Shown here piece by piece: positions 63,030 to 64,000 of a stretch of 64,000 nucleotides of DNA. The position numbers and the translations under genes are program-made. Origin of the DNA: Chiloscyllium plagiosum (taxonomy: Eukaryota); assembly GCF_004010195.1 (NCBI RefSeq), contig NC_057736.1, positions 35,748,515 to 35,812,514 of the forward strand. The letters run 5' to 3'. The notes beneath the pieces were generated by a model that saw nothing but the letters and a program-made list of their open reading frames with translations, had not been told where the DNA came from and did not search any database. Position 1 is the first letter of the stretch, and each line of letters opens with the position of its first letter.

Positions 63030-64000
63030 CAGGAATAGTGCCAGAAGACTGGAGGATAGCAATGTTGTTCCCTTGTTCAAGAAGGGGAGCAGAGACAACC
63101 CTGGAAATTATAGACCTGTGAGCCTTACTTTGGTTGTGGGTAAAGTATTGGAAAGGGATTTATAATCATCTGGCGAGGAATAAGTTGATTAGGGATAGTC
63201 AACACGGTTTTGTGAAGGGTAGGTTGTGCCTCATAAACCTTATTGAGCTCTTTTGAGAAGGTTACCAAACAGGTTAATAAGGGTAAAGTGGTTGATGTGG
63301 TGTACATGATTTCAGTAAGGCGTTTGATAAGATGCCCCACAGTTCACTATTGCACAAACTGCGAAGGTGTGGGATTGAGGGTGAATTAGCGGTTTGGATC
63401 AGAAATGGGCTAGCTGAAAAAGGGTGGTGATTGATGGGAAGTATTCATCCTGGAGTTCATTTACTAGGTGGGGTACCACAAGGATCTGTTTTGGTTCCAC
63501 TGTTGTCTGTGGAGTTCTGGATGAAGGCTTAGAAGGATGAATTAGTAAATTTGCCGTTGAAACTAAGGTTGATAGAGTTGTGGATAGTGATGAAGAATAT
63601 TGTAGGTTATAGAGAGACCTGGATAGGCAGCAGAGCTGGGCTGAGGTAGCAAATGGAGTTTAATGTGGAAAAATGTGAGATGATTCACTTTGGAAGGAGT
63701 AACAGGAATGCAGAGTACTGAGCTAATGGTAAGATTCTTGATAGTGTAGATGAGCAGTGAGATCTCAGTGTCCAGGTACATAGATCCTTGAAAGTTGCCA
63801 CCCAAGTTGATAGGGTCGTTAAGAAGGCATACAGTGTGTATTTATTGGTAGAGAGATTGAGTTTTGGAACCATGAGGTAATGCTGCAGCTGTACAAAACT
63901 CTGGTGTGGCCACATTTGGAGTATTGCGTATAGTTCTGGTCACAGAAGCTTTGGAAAGGGTTCAGAGGAGATTTACTAGGATGTTGCCTGGTATGGAGGG
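63030..64000 (+). mobile_element. CR1 LINE RT fragment continuing past the window end
   Basis: NVVPLFKKGSRDNPGNYRPVSLT, QHGF and LVWPHLEYC motifs. Confidence 0.92.

Overview
Eukaryotic (vertebrate) genomic DNA, most likely a shark or other elasmobranch, judged from HE1-like SINEs, abundant CR1 LINEs and Penelope-type repeats. It contains five N-gaps. Three complete spliced genes were reconstructed by hand with GT-AG junctions and consistent phases: DNALI1 (minus, 6 coding exons, 23196->2249, 254 aa), SNIP1 (plus, 3 coding exons, 33845-38096, 377 aa, with a polyQ tract) and MEAF6 (plus, 8 coding exons including a 30-nt microexon, 50511-60331, 202/192 aa). Their order and orientation match the mammalian cluster. 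Most of the rest is mobile DNA: CR1 and other LINE fragments, tRNA-derived SINEs, a decayed Buster-type hAT transposon with TIRs and an 8-bp TSD, a Harbinger remnant and Penelope-like (PLE) remnants. The most notable unannotated structures are: (i) several short TSD-flanked palindromic PLE derivatives carrying minimal hammerhead-ribozyme cores, one of which puts a 158-bp-arm hairpin and a sense hammerhead into the probable DNALI1 3'UTR; (ii) a ~39 x 41-bp hairpin-unit minisatellite occupying the MEAF6 proximal promoter; (iii) the MEAF6 microexon with its UGC splicing signature. I cannot demonstrate a wholly new system from sequence alone. All coordinates were counted by eye, and TE boundaries are approximate unless a TSD is given.
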